This document shows, one piece after another, positions 18,390-28,476 of a stretch of 59,939 nt of DNA; the first letter of the stretch is position 1; each line of letters opens with the position of its first letter. The notes under the pieces were generated by a model. The model did not search any database. It worked only from the letters and a program-made list of their open reading frames with translations, and was not told the origin of the DNA. Position numbers and translations under genes: made by a program. Source of the stretch: Nitrospira sp. (lineage in GTDB: Bacteria > Nitrospirota > Nitrospiria > Nitrospirales > Nitrospiraceae); contig DASTSI010000216.1 of the NCBI GenBank assembly GCA_035760745.1, positions 1 through 59,939 of the forward strand, written 5' to 3'.

Positions 18390-20075
18390 TCAGACCTTGA
18401 ATGCACCTACGATGCCTTGCAGTTCGACCGCCAGCTGACTCAGATCGTGGCTGGCTTTGGCCGATTCGTTCGCGCCCGACGCCGAATCCTTCGTGACCTT
18501 GGCCACGTTCTCGATGTCGTTCGCAATCTGCTGCGTGGCGACCGATTGTTCCTCGGATGCCACGGCAATTTGGCGGATCATGTCGGCGCTCTCGGACACC
18601 ATCTGTACGATCCGAGTCAAGGCCTCGCCGGTCTTGTTGACCAACTCGACGCCGCCCGACACTTTCTGGGTGCCCTGCTGCATCGATTCGACGGCGCCGC
18701 GAGTATCCTGCTGGATTTGGCGGATCATATCGCCGATTTCCTTCGTAGCTTTCGTCGTACGCTCCGCCAGTTTCCTGACTTCGTCGGCGACGACCGCAAA
18801 CCCGCGCCCCTGCTCGCCGGCGCGCGCCGCCTCGATCGCGGCGTTCAGGGCCAGCAGGTTGGTCTGGTCGGCGATGTCCTCGATGACCCGGACGATCTCG
18901 CCGATCTGATCCGACGACTTGCCGAGCTCGGCGATGATGGTCGCGCTGTTGGAGACGGCATCCGACAATTGCTGCATGCCGGAGATGGTGTCGGACACCA
19001 CCGACCCTCCGTCCTTGGCGGTTTTGACCGTCTCCTGAGCCAGCGTGGCGGCCTTGCCCGAATTTTGCGCGACTTGGCTGACCGTCGCATTCATCTCCTC
19101 GACCGCCGCGGCAGTTTGTGAGGCGCGGGAGGTCAAGGTATCGGTGCCCTTGGAAATTTCTTCCGCCGTGGCGGACAGTTCGACGGAGGCCGACGCCACT
19201 TTATCGGTGACGTGCGCGACCTTGCCGATCATCGCCTGCAGTTTCTCGATGAATTGGTTGAAGTACCGGCTGAGTTGCGAGATCTCGTCGTTGCCCGTCA
19301 CCGGCACGCGCTTCGTCAGGTCGCCCTCGCCCTGCGCGATGTCCTTGGTGATCCCCGTGACATGCGCGAGGGGCTTCAGCACGATGGTGCGCAGCATTAA
19401 GTACGTCGCCGTGGCGAGGATGAGGACAATGGTGGCCATCAGGGCGCCCGTGTTGAACAGGGACTTGTCGGCCGCCTGTTTCGCCAAGGTCATGCGGGTA
19501 TTGATCACCAGCGCGCCGAGCGTATCTCCCACCTGCTTGTCGGTATGGCAGCCGATGCAGGCGGTGGAGACGGCTTTGTCCGGCGTGGCGCGGCGATAAA
19601 ACAGCGTCCCGTTCATGTCTTCTTCACGGCCGAAGCTTTCCGCGCCATTGGCGATCGCCTTGAGAGCCTCCGCCTCGAAGGCATCTTTCGGGCTGTTATT
19701 CGGGTTGAGTGGGCTTTGGCTGATCAGCCGGATGTTGAAGAACCCGCCTCGCAGCGCCTCTTCGCCGATCTCCCGCATGGCGGTGGCCGGAAAGGGAATG
19801 GCTTCGGGATTGTTCGCATGCTCTTTGGTGACCGTAATCTCCGAGCCGGCCTTCGCCTTTTTCACCTTCGCGACGTAATTCTGTGTGATGTACGCGCGGG
19901 TGATACTGGCCATGCCTTCCACCGTCTTGGCACGCAACATCATGGCCTGTTCCAGCTTGGCCTCCTCCTGGTTATAGAGGACGACCATGCCGACGGCCAT
20001 GACGAGCACCGCCATGGCGCAAATCGAGACGATAAATTTAGGGCCGATATTCAGACTCTTGAACAACGCGCTCAT
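18390..20075 (-). CDS. methyl-accepting chemotaxis protein with periplasmic heme-c (DUF3365/Tll0287-like) sensor
   Basis: TM1, sensor with [10 protein letters not shown] and CIGCH, TM2, [42 protein letters not shown]. Confidence 0.93.
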   Translation of the reverse strand: MSALFKSLNIGPKFIVSICAMAVLVMAVGMVVLYNQEEAKLEQAMMLRAKTVEGMASITRAYITQNYVAKVKKAKAGSEITVTKEHANNPEAIPFPATAMREIGEEALRGGFFNIRLISQSPLNPNNSPKDAFEAEALKAIANGAESFGREEDMNGTLFYRRATPDKAVSTACIGCHTDKQVGDTLGALVINTRMTLAKQAADKSLFNTGALMATIVLILATATYLMLRTIVLKPLAHVTGITKDIAQGEGDLTKRVPVTGNDEISQLSRYFNQFIEKLQAMIGKVAHVTDKVASASVELSATAEEISKGTDTLTSRASQTAAAVEEMNATVSQVAQNSGKAATLAQETVKTAKDGGSVVSDTISGMQQLSDAVSNSATIIAELGKSSDQIGEIVRVIEDIADQTNLLALNAAIEAARAGEQGRGFAVVADEVRKLAERTTKATKEIGDMIRQIQQDTRGAVESMQQGTQKVSGGVELVNKTGEALTRIVQMVSESADMIRQIAVASEEQSVATQQIANDIENVAKVTKDSASGANESAKASHDLSQLAVELQGIVGAFKV

Positions 20076-20124
20076 AACTCCTCCTATGCCTCCGGTTGAC
20101 TAAACGTGCTCGTCACTGCCCGCT

Positions 20125-21192
20125 CTACACCATGTTCAAAATTTCCCCGACCACTCCAAACAGCGGAATCACCTTGTCGGCATAGCCGGCTTCCGCCACC
20201 GCCTTCGGCATGCCGTACACAATACTGGTCGCCTCATCTTGGGCGATCGTTCGTCCGTTGACGGCCTTGACGGCCCTCATGCCGTCCAGCCCGTCGTGCC
20301 CCATACCCGTGAGGATGACGGCGATTCCACGCTCTTCGTAGACGTCCGCGACCGATTGCATCATGACGTCCACGGACGGCGCATGCAGGTGCCGTTCGAA
20401 ATTCGGGCTCAGGGCGACCACGTTGGACATGATCGACTTGCGTTTCACGCGGCATTGGAGGCCTCCGGGGGCGATCAAAATGCGGCCCGGCTTCAGCTCG
20501 TCGCCGTCCGCCGCTTCCTTCACTTCAAGACTGCAGATCGAGTTCATCCGTTCCGCAAACGGCTTCGTGAAGGTCTTCGGCATGTGCTGCACGATGAGGA
20601 TGGGGGCCGGAAAGTCGGACGGGAATCCGGGCAGCACCTCCAACAGTGCCTGCGGACCGCCGGTGGAGCAGCCGATCGCCACCAGGCGGGCGCCGCGCGT
20701 GACACTGACGGAGTGCGCGGTCAACGCGGTCCGGGGCCGAGGGGCGGAACGGCCGGGAGCCGTCGCCCAGGCACGCACCTTCTCTCCGGCCTGGCTCACG
20801 GCGATGATTTTCTCGATGAGCTCATCGTGGATGCGCTCAATTTTCGTGGCCACGCCGTCCAGCTGCTTTGCGATATAGTCCACCGCTCCCAATTCCAAGG
20901 CCTTCAACGTGTCGCCGGCGCCCTCCGTCGTCAGCGAACTGACCATGACGACCGGCACCGGATGCTCCGCCATGATCCGCTTGAGCGCCTCGAGCCCGTT
21001 CATGCCCGGCATTTCGACGTCCATCGTGACGACGTCCGGTCTAAGCGCATGGACCTGCTGCAGCGCTTCCTCCCCGTTACGCGCCATGCCGGCAATCGCA
21101 ATGCGCCGGTCCGACGCAAGCATGGTGGACAGGCTCTTGCGCATGAACGTCGAGTCGTCGACGACGAGTACTTGGATTGCCCTTCCCATCAT
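20125..21192 (-). CDS. cheB: chemotaxis methylesterase CheB (REC + CheB)
   Basis: VTMDVEMP, GCSTGGP, VQHMP, LTGMGHDG. Confidence 0.95.
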   Translation of the reverse strand: MMGRAIQVLVVDDSTFMRKSLSTMLASDRRIAIAGMARNGEEALQQVHALRPDVVTMDVEMPGMNGLEALKRIMAEHPVPVVMVSSLTTEGAGDTLKALELGAVDYIAKQLDGVATKIERIHDELIEKIIAVSQAGEKVRAWATAPGRSAPRPRTALTAHSVSVTRGARLVAIGCSTGGPQALLEVLPGFPSDFPAPILIVQHMPKTFTKPFAERMNSICSLEVKEAADGDELKPGRILIAPGGLQCRVKRKSIMSNVVALSPNFERHLHAPSVDVMMQSVADVYEERGIAVILTGMGHDGLDGMRAVKAVNGRTIAQDEATSIVYGMPKAVAEAGYADKVIPLFGVVGEILNMV

Positions 21193-21217
21193 TTCCCGTT
21201 TCCGGCGAACCGCATTC

Positions 21218-22171
21218 TCAGTTGATGTAGAGGCGAATTTTTTCCGCAAAGAGCTTCGGATCGAATTTCGTAATGTAATCCGTCGCGCCGACTTGCCGTC
21301 CTTTGTCCTGATTGCAGGTCCCGGTCAGCGAGGAATGCAGGACGACGGGAAGGTGCGCGAGCCGCGGATCCGCGCGAATGTGCTTCGTGAGCGTAAACCC
21401 GTCCATGTCGGGCATTTCGATGTCGCTCAGCACGAGATTGACACTCTGGACTTGGCTCAAGCCCTCATTGACGGCCTTTTCCGCGAGCTGCTGCAGATAG
21501 TCCCACGCTTCTTTCCCCGTCGTGGTCTGCACGAACTGCACGCCGACCCGTTCGAGGGCTTTCCGGATCTGCGTGCGGGCGACCGTCGAATCGTCGGCAA
21601 ACAACACATGCTTGACGCGGAGCTCCGGTACCGGCGTCACGCCCGCATACACCTCTTCGTCGGGACGCGGGCAGATATCGCTCAGCAGTTTTTCGACGTC
21701 GAGAATCAGAACCATCCGCCCGTCCTCCAGCATCGTGACCGCCGTGACCGCGCCCTTGTTGTTCTCGCGCACCAGCGCAGGCGGCGTCTTGATCTGCGCC
21801 CATGAGGTCCGGATGATCCGATCGACCGCCGAGACGTGAAACGCCTGAAGGCTTCCGTTGTACTCCGTGATGATGAGAATGCCCTGTTCCGTGGCATCCG
21901 GCTTTGTCGCATCGAACTCTGGCTCACCGAGACCCAGACTTCGTTTCAGCGCGATGACGGGGACCATCGTGCCTCGAATGTTAGCCATGCCGACGACGCG
22001 GCTGTCCGCTTCCGGCACGCGGGTGAGCTGGGGCAGCTTCATGACCTCGCGGACTTTGAACACGTTGATGCCGAAAATCTCCGGCGTGCCGAGGTGGAAC
22101 AACAGCAATTCCATCTGATTGGCTCCGGCCAAGCGCGTGCGGGCGTCGATTTCATTGATCAAGGTGGACAT
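21218..22171 (-). CDS. cheV: CheV (CheW + REC)
   Basis: NQMELLLF, FGINVFKVREV, C-terminal REC VLSDIEMPDMDG. Confidence 0.93.
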   Translation of the reverse strand: MSTLINEIDARTRLAGANQMELLLFHLGTPEIFGINVFKVREVMKLPQLTRVPEADSRVVGMANIRGTMVPVIALKRSLGLGEPEFDATKPDATEQGILIITEYNGSLQAFHVSAVDRIIRTSWAQIKTPPALVRENNKGAVTAVTMLEDGRMVLILDVEKLLSDICPRPDEEVYAGVTPVPELRVKHVLFADDSTVARTQIRKALERVGVQFVQTTTGKEAWDYLQQLAEKAVNEGLSQVQSVNLVLSDIEMPDMDGFTLTKHIRADPRLAHLPVVLHSSLTGTCNQDKGRQVGATDYITKFDPKLFAEKIRLYIN

Positions 22172-22187
22172 CGTTCTTCTCCTCGCT

Positions 22188-24065
22188 TCACGCTGCGTGT
22201 GAGGCGGCCGCCGGCGCGGCGCCCTGCCAGGCATGAGCGTTTTCGACCAATTCCGAAATGTCGAGGATCAGCACGACCTTGCCGTCGCCGGTAATCGTCG
22301 CGCCGCTTATGCCTTTGATGCTTTCCAAGTAGTCCCAAATCGACTTGATGACGACTTCTTCCTGCGAGCGCAGCTCATCGACGATCACTCCGATGCGCCG
22401 GTCGCCGAGGGCCGCCACGACGACGTTGAACCGCTCCCGTTTGGGATCCACGGGAATCTCGAATTCCTGCGCCAGTCTGAGCAACGGGAGCACGCGGTCG
22501 CGGAGATGGAGGACTTCGCGGCCGTTGATCGTTTTGATGTCCGATTTGGTAATCCGCACGGCTTCGATGACCGAGCTGAGCGGGATCGCGAACGTCGCCC
22601 GCTCGACCTCCACCATCAGCGCTTGAATGATCGCGATCGTGAGCGGGAGCTTGATGGTGATCAAACTGCCTTTGCCCTGCTCCGACTCGATCTCGACCGT
22701 GCCGTTCATCTTCCGGATATTCGTTCTGACCACGTCCATGCCGACGCCGCGGCCGGACACGTCGGTCACTTTCTCCGCCGTGCTGAACCCGGGCAAGAAG
22801 ATGAGATTGACGATCTCGCGCGGCTCCATGCCGGCCAGTTCCGCCTCGCTGATCAGCCCTTTCGCCAGGGCTTTCCCCTTGACCTTGTCCAGGGGAATGC
22901 CTCGCCCGTCGTCTTGAATGCGAATGACGATGCTGTTCCCCTCCTGACTGGCCGCAATCCGCAATGTTCCCTCAGTCGGCTTGCCCTTTTCGTGGCGCTC
23001 CGTCGGCATTTCGATGCCATGGTCGATGGCGTTCCTCACGAGGTGGACCAAGGGATCCCCGATTTCGTCGGCGACCGATTTGTCGAGTTCGGTCTCCTCC
23101 CCGTGGGTTTCCAGGCGGACTTGTTTCCCGAGCTTCTGCGACAGATCGCGGACCATCCTCGGCAACTTGGCGAGCACCTTCTTGATCGGCAACATCCGCG
23201 TCTTCATGACCGCCAATTGGAGATCCGTGGTCACCAGGTTGAGCTGCGTCAGCGTCTCGCCCAGCGCTCTGACTTGCGGATCGGATTCGTGGTTCTGCTC
23301 CAGAATGCCCCCGATCTTGAGCAGACGATTGCGCCCCAGCACGAGCTCGCCGACGAGATTCATCACCGAATCGAGCCGCCGGGTTTCGACGCGGATCGTA
23401 TGATCCTCCTCGGTCGCCTTCGATTGTTTCTCCTGCTTGTGCAGGGCTTGATCCAATGCGCGCTCGGTAATGGCCTTGGCTTGGACGAGAATTTCCCCAA
23501 GCGGCTGCTTGGGCTCCGGTTGCTTGTGTTGTTGAGTCAGGGCGTCGAACACCTGTTCCTTGGTGGCCAAGCCGTCCTGCACCAGAATTTCACCGATCGT
23601 CGGCGGGGCGGCCGCTGCGTGAGCCGATTCGGACGGAGGGGACGCCGCCGTAATTCCCGCCGCCGCGGCTCCCACCTTGCCGGCGAGCACGTCATCCAGC
23701 TTTTGCGCCATTGCCGCGACGGGGACGTTGGCGTCGGACCCGGTTTGGCGGATGTCGGCCATGATCGCCTTCACGACGTCGACGGTCTCGAGGATGACGT
23801 TGATCACCGCCGGCACGACGGCCATCTCTCCCTGTCTCAGCTTGTTGAGGATGCTCTCCGCGCGATGCGTGACGTCCACGAGCCGGTTGAAGCCCAAGAA
23901 CCCCGCAGAGCCCTTCATGCTGTGCATGGCGCGGAAGATCTCGTTGAGCAGGTCCACGTTGTTCGGATCGGATTCGAGGGCGATGAAGCGCTGGTCGAGG
24001 ACCTCGATCATTTCCGTGGATTCCGACAGGAAGTCATTCAAAATTTCCTGCATTTCATCACTCAT
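22188..24065 (-). CDS. cheA: chemotaxis histidine kinase CheA, with an MshEN-like insert instead of P2
   Basis: P1 IFRAMHSMKG, TIRVE..LD..MNLVGELV, HLVRNAIDHG, DDGRGI, PGFSTA, GRGVGMDVV, C-terminal CheW domain. Confidence 0.96.
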   Translation of the reverse strand: MSDEMQEILNDFLSESTEMIEVLDQRFIALESDPNNVDLLNEIFRAMHSMKGSAGFLGFNRLVDVTHRAESILNKLRQGEMAVVPAVINVILETVDVVKAIMADIRQTGSDANVPVAAMAQKLDDVLAGKVGAAAAGITAASPPSESAHAAAAPPTIGEILVQDGLATKEQVFDALTQQHKQPEPKQPLGEILVQAKAITERALDQALHKQEKQSKATEEDHTIRVETRRLDSVMNLVGELVLGRNRLLKIGGILEQNHESDPQVRALGETLTQLNLVTTDLQLAVMKTRMLPIKKVLAKLPRMVRDLSQKLGKQVRLETHGEETELDKSVADEIGDPLVHLVRNAIDHGIEMPTERHEKGKPTEGTLRIAASQEGNSIVIRIQDDGRGIPLDKVKGKALAKGLISEAELAGMEPREIVNLIFLPGFSTAEKVTDVSGRGVGMDVVRTNIRKMNGTVEIESEQGKGSLITIKLPLTIAIIQALMVEVERATFAIPLSSVIEAVRITKSDIKTINGREVLHLRDRVLPLLRLAQEFEIPVDPKRERFNVVVAALGDRRIGVIVDELRSQEEVVIKSIWDYLESIKGISGATITGDGKVVLILDISELVENAHAWQGAAPAAASHAA

Positions 24066-24157
24066 GCGAACCTCCGCGTGAAGCACGGGGGCAGCGGCGA
24101 GGCAACCGAACCTGCAGACGGCCCAAGTGCCGCGTCGACGCCTTGCCCCGAGCGGTG

Positions 24158-24811
24158 TCAATCAAATCCAAACTGCTTCAGGATTTCGTCCGCCAGATCC
24201 TGGCTCATCGCCGAACTTTTGGACGCCTCCAACTGCTTCAACATCTCCGTGGCCTTGCCGGCTTCCCCAGCCGACGCTCCCTTGGTATACGGACCAAAAA
24301 CGACGACGAGTTCGAGCAACTTGCGTTCGACTTCGTCGACGATCGTGACCAGTTTGTTGACTCGCTGCGCGACCAGGTCTTGGAATGACAAGGCCGTGAT
24401 GATGTCGACGAGCAGTTTCTCTTCGTGCAGCAAGCCCGCCTTGATTTCACGGATTGCCTCCTCGGGGTGCGCGTCAGCTCCGGTCTCTGCGCCGCCCCGT
24501 TCGAGTGTTCCGAATCGCTCGAGCCATCGACCGTGATTCCCTTGAATCACTTCGACCAGCTGCAACACTTTGTGCGAGCCGTCTTCGGTCAGCCGCTTCA
24601 AGTCGAGAAGGTGCGTCACGGCCTCGGGAAGTTGCTCCGTGGTCGCGCTCATGGGATCGCGAAATTGCGTGATGGTCTTGAGCGTCGTATCGATGAAACG
24701 CGCCAATTCGCCGAGCTGCTCATAGATTTGCGTGTCGATTGGCGCTCCCTCCGGATCCACCCGGGTGTGGGAGCGCAGAACGCGATCGGCGGCTGATGTC
24801 CGAAGGCTCAT
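24158..24811 (-). CDS. cheZ: CheZ-family phosphatase
   Basis: LSFQDLVAQRVNK (DxxxQ) and C-terminal SQDLADEILKQFGF peptide. Confidence 0.85.
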   Translation of the reverse strand: MSLRTSAADRVLRSHTRVDPEGAPIDTQIYEQLGELARFIDTTLKTITQFRDPMSATTEQLPEAVTHLLDLKRLTEDGSHKVLQLVEVIQGNHGRWLERFGTLERGGAETGADAHPEEAIREIKAGLLHEEKLLVDIITALSFQDLVAQRVNKLVTIVDEVERKLLELVVVFGPYTKGASAGEAGKATEMLKQLEASKSSAMSQDLADEILKQFGFD

Positions 24812-24825
24812 GACGGCGTTCCTTC

Positions 24826-25209
24826 CTATTTATTGAAGATCTTCCCGATCTTCTCCTGCATGGTTTCCGCCGTGAACGGTTTCACAATGTAGTTGCTGAC
24901 GCCGGCCTGGATGGCTTCGATCAGGTTTTCTTTCTGAGCCTCGGCCGTGACCATGAGCACCGGAATATGTTTCAGCTTCTCGTCGGCCCGGATTGCCCTC
25001 AACATGGCGATGCCCGGCATGACGGGCATGTTCCAGTCCGAGACGACGAACCCGAACGTGTCACTCCGCAGCTTCTGAAGCGCTTCCTCACCGTTTTCCG
25101 CCTCGTCAAGGTTGGCAAATCCCAACTGTTTCAGGATGTTTTTGACGATCCTGCGCATCGTCGACATATCGTCCACCACGAGGATCTTCATGTTCGGATC
25201 GGCCGGCAT
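24826..25209 (-). CDS. cheY: chemotaxis response regulator CheY
   Basis: [31 protein letters not shown]. Confidence 0.96.
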   Translation of the reverse strand: MPADPNMKILVVDDMSTMRRIVKNILKQLGFANLDEAENGEEALQKLRSDTFGFVVSDWNMPVMPGIAMLRAIRADEKLKHIPVLMVTAEAQKENLIEAIQAGVSNYIVKPFTAETMQEKIGKIFNK

Positions 25210-25222
25210 GGTCGGAACCTCC

Positions 25223-26080
25223 CTAGAGTTTTTGGTACATCACGGAACGACCGGCATGGAGCGGGCGAAACAGATTGGCCATGTCGGCCAGCGTTTCTGA
25301 GAACCCAATCACGAGATACCCGTTCGGCCTTAACGTCCCGTGCAAATCCGTCACGATTTGTCGCTTGGCCTTGTCGTCGAAATAGATGAGACAATTGCGG
25401 CAAAAGACCACATCGATGCCGCGAACCAGCTTCAACCTGAAGCGGTCATACAGGTTCAAATGCATGAACTTGACCCGTGCTTTGACGGCCGGAACCAAGG
25501 CGAAATGGCCCTTGTGCTCGACGAAGTATTTTCGCTTCAGCTCTGGCGGGACATGCCGCAACGTATGGGATCCGTACAGGCCCTTTTGGGCCTGACCCAA
25601 CACGGCTTCGCTGATGTCCGTCCCCAGGATCTCGACGTTCCAACCCATCAGCGGCAGATGCTCAAGCAGCATCATGGCCAGCGTGTACGGCTCGTCACCG
25701 GTAGAGCAGGCCGCGCTCCAGATCCGCAGTTGTTTTGAGTCCTTGTTAAATGCCATGGCGGCGGGGACCACGGTGGTGATAAAGGCCTCGAGTTGCGGCA
25801 TGTCGCGGAAAAAGTACGTCTCGTTCGTCGTCACCAACTCATAGAGCGCGCCGAGCTCTTTGTCGCGATAAGTGTCGAAGCGGAGGAAGTTGTAGTACTC
25901 CTCGAACGTCTTCAGGTTGTGGGCCTTCAGGCGCGCGGTGAGACGGCTCTCCAGCAGATATTTCTGATTGTCTTGGAAGGCGATCCCGGTGAGTTCGTAG
26001 ACGAAATCGCGCAACTGCCGGAACACGTCCTCGGGCATCCGGGGCGGAGGAGCTATTGACTTCGTCGTCGCCTGGCTCAT
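25223..26080 (-). CDS. cheR: chemotaxis methyltransferase CheR
   Basis: [37 protein letters not shown]. Confidence 0.95.
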   Translation of the reverse strand: MSQATTKSIAPPPRMPEDVFRQLRDFVYELTGIAFQDNQKYLLESRLTARLKAHNLKTFEEYYNFLRFDTYRDKELGALYELVTTNETYFFRDMPQLEAFITTVVPAAMAFNKDSKQLRIWSAACSTGDEPYTLAMMLLEHLPLMGWNVEILGTDISEAVLGQAQKGLYGSHTLRHVPPELKRKYFVEHKGHFALVPAVKARVKFMHLNLYDRFRLKLVRGIDVVFCRNCLIYFDDKAKRQIVTDLHGTLRPNGYLVIGFSETLADMANLFRPLHAGRSVMYQKL

Positions 26081-26185
26081 TCACACCTTCGCTTCTTGCG
26101 GTCGACAAGGCACCCATGGCGAGTGCGGCGGCTCAGGATGCGACCCGCCGCATCCCCTCGCAGACTCGGATGTGTCCCGCTGCGC

Positions 26186-26416
26186 TTACGCCTGTTGCGA
26201 GCGGCTGTGCATCCAGTCGTGAATGTCGCGGCGAAGAAACCGCCAGTGCTTTCCGATCTTCGAGGCCGGCAGTTCTCCGATGCGCGCGAGCTTGTACACG
26301 GTCGACTTCGGCACCCGGAGGAAACGGGCGACCTCCATGACCGTCAAAATCTCGCTGTCCGCTGGCGACAAGTCCTGTGGATGACGAATCGTTGTTGCAG
26401 GCACGGCATTGTTCAT
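26186..26416 (-). CDS. small excisionase/MerR-like helix-turn-helix protein (HTH_17, BldC-like)
   Basis: LTVMEVARFLRVPKSTVYKLARIGELPASKIGKHWRF. Confidence 0.85.
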   Translation of the reverse strand: MNNAVPATTIRHPQDLSPADSEILTVMEVARFLRVPKSTVYKLARIGELPASKIGKHWRFLRRDIHDWMHSRSQQA

Positions 26417-26426
26417 AGCGAGTGTC

Positions 26427-26454
26427 GTATCGGCGTCGTCGATGAGGAACTTGA
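26427..26454 (-). promoter_or_regulatory. sigma-28-type promoter of the HTH-che operon
   Basis: TCAAG-N15-GCCGATAC. Confidence 0.75.
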
Positions 26455-26537
26455 GCACCGGCTTGCATTCGTTGGGGGAGAGATGTCCCGGGTGGTGCTC
26501 GACTGGAGCCGTTAGCGGCCTTCAGATTTTGCGGAGA

Positions 26538-26564
26538 TCAACCGAGAAGAAGCCAAACCGATAC
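26538..26564 (+). promoter_or_regulatory. sigma-28-type promoter of the FlhG-like gene
   Basis: TCAAC-N14-ACCGATAC, 12 nt before the ATG. Confidence 0.5.
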
Positions 26565-26576
26565 GAACCACCAACA

Positions 26577-27494
26577 ATGGCGTGCATCGTTTCAGTGGCG
26601 TCGGGAAAGGGCGGTGTGGGGAAAAGCGTTGTCGCGAGCAACCTTGCCCTGCTGCTCGCCAAGCAAGGATACCGCGTCGTTTTGGCCGACCTGGACGTCG
26701 GCGGGGCCGACTGCCATGTGCTCTTCGGTTGTTTGCGCCCGTCCCATACGCTGAGCGACTTCATCGAGCGGAGGCTCGAAGGACTGGGCGACGCTGTTCA
26801 GCCACTCAGCCTCCATCCCCGGCTGGGGCTCATTGCCGGGACGGGAGAAACGCTGGCGACGGCCAATATGTCGTACGCGAAAAAGAAACGGCTCGTCCGT
26901 CACCTTCGCGGATTGGATACCGACGTCGTTGTGGCGGATATCGGAGCGGGAACGGGGTATCATGCCTTGGACTTCTTTTTGATGGCCGACCTTCACCTTC
27001 TGGTGGCCACGCCGGACCCGACGTCGGTGCTCGATCTGTACCGCTTCGTGAAACTTGCGGCCGTCAGGCTCGTGCTCTCCCACTTCGTGGCGCATGGAGC
27101 CGTCGCCGAAACGCTCGCGGAGCATGATTTTACGGCTGTGGGCCAGGTCCTGGAGGCGGTCGGGAAAATTGACGAGGAGGGACGGCAGACGGCCCAATTC
27201 GTGCTCGCCGATTTAAAGCCGGCCCTCGTGTTGAATCGCGTGTCGGGACGAAGCCGGGTGAATGTCGGACAATTGCAGCAATTGCTCGCCCGCTACATCG
27301 GCGGATCCCTGTCTCTGCTGGGCGAGATTCCCGACGATGACGCCGTCGGGCAATCGATCAGACACTACTTGCCGGTGGTCGAGCGGGCACCCGGCTCGCC
27401 TTCGGCGAAGGCATTGGCTGCGATGTCGGAGTCCTTGGCCGAGCTCTTGCGTCGCTCCGCGGATGCCGTCAGGCTTGTGCGGGCCCCGGCGTGA
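26577..27494 (+). CDS. MinD/FlhG (FleN)-like P-loop ATPase
   Basis: Deviant Walker A SGKGGVGKS, ADLDVGG, DIGAG, TPDPTS, LVLNR. Confidence 0.85.
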   Translation: MACIVSVASGKGGVGKSVVASNLALLLAKQGYRVVLADLDVGGADCHVLFGCLRPSHTLSDFIERRLEGLGDAVQPLSLHPRLGLIAGTGETLATANMSYAKKKRLVRHLRGLDTDVVVADIGAGTGYHALDFFLMADLHLLVATPDPTSVLDLYRFVKLAAVRLVLSHFVAHGAVAETLAEHDFTAVGQVLEAVGKIDEEGRQTAQFVLADLKPALVLNRVSGRSRVNVGQLQQLLARYIGGSLSLLGEIPDDDAVGQSIRHYLPVVERAPGSPSAKALAAMSESLAELLRRSADAVRLVRAPA

Positions 27495-28115
27495 TCAGCG
27501 GAGCGGGGAGGCGCCGGCACGTCTCGCCCTGAGACGCTCCGCTTGCGTCGTCAGGATATGCCGAATGAGGGCTTCCTGATCGTCAGGATTGATCGCGACG
27601 AATTCGGTGCCGATCTCGAACCCCGCGCCGGCATCCCGGCACGCCGTCACGCGAGTGATCCGTGCCGTCGTCTGAATCGGCGTGAAGGGGGGCAGAATGA
27701 GCTTCAGCGCGAGATCCTGCCCGACCTCGAGCTTGCGTGTGGTGACGAATGAGACGCCGCCGCCGCTGAGGTTTACCGGCATGACGCGCGCCATCGGCAC
27801 TCGTCCGGGATTCGACGCCGCCAAGGTCTTGAGGGTCAACTCCAACAGCCAGTCGATCTTCTTCAACCACGGAACCAGCAGCGAGTCCTGTAGGGCGTCG
27901 CCTGAGCGAGCCAACAACTCGGCAGTCGGCTTGGCAATCGACAGGGTGATCGACTCCGGCGTCGCTCGAAATTCCTCGGGGATCGGCGCATCCGTTGGCT
28001 CGGTGGTCAATCGATATTCGAGCAGGACCTGATCGTCGATGCGCAGCCATTCCCGGCGATCGTCTGACGGACCCGCCACGTTCTGATGGGGCATCGCGTT
28101 CACGAGGGAACCCAT
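27495..28115 (-). CDS. PilZ domain protein
   Basis: RREWLR (RxxxR) and NLSGGG motifs separated by a helical insert. Confidence 0.85.
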   Translation of the reverse strand: MGSLVNAMPHQNVAGPSDDRREWLRIDDQVLLEYRLTTEPTDAPIPEEFRATPESITLSIAKPTAELLARSGDALQDSLLVPWLKKIDWLLELTLKTLAASNPGRVPMARVMPVNLSGGGVSFVTTRKLEVGQDLALKLILPPFTPIQTTARITRVTACRDAGAGFEIGTEFVAINPDDQEALIRHILTTQAERLRARRAGASPLR

Positions 28116-28149
28116 GGAATCCGGTCGCCGTCGCGCACTGGTCCGTCCC

Positions 28150-28476
28150 TTATGAACGCCTGCTGATCGCCGCAGGCCATACGGCAGCCGCCCCCTCCAG
28201 GGTCGCGCGCAGGCGTGCAAACGCCCGCCTCGCGGTGATCGCCTCGTGGAGGAGCGCTTGGGCTGCTGCACGGGCGACAGCGGCCATTGATTCGATTTCG
28301 CGATCGAGAACGGCCAGCCTGACTGCGATGGCCTCGGGAAGCTGAACGCGACCGATCCACGCCTGGCGCCGGGCGTAATACTCGCCGACGTCGGTCCATC
28401 GTCCTTGACGCGCGGCTTCTTTCGCTCTCCCCGCCGCGGCTTCCCAGTCGGCCGGAATGCCCATCGATGCCCTCAT
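28150..28476 (-). CDS. hypothetical protein, FliT-like position
   Basis: Helical 108-aa ORF coupled to fliS by ATGA overlap; function from synteny only. Confidence 0.55.
   Translation of the reverse strand: MRASMGIPADWEAAAGRAKEAARQGRWTDVGEYYARRQAWIGRVQLPEAIAVRLAVLDREIESMAAVARAAAQALLHEAITARRAFARLRATLEGAAAVWPAAISRRS

Noticed and set aside
22233-24536. 767-aa plus-strand ORF (also 39238-41262, 37453-39114, 56002-57357 and similar)
   Set aside because: Antisense shadows of well-supported genes in high-GC DNA; no recognisable motifs
26186-26416. Prophage or ICE suggested by the excisionase-like HTH
   Set aside because: No integrase, att repeats, tRNA or phage genes; the gene sits in a flagellar operon
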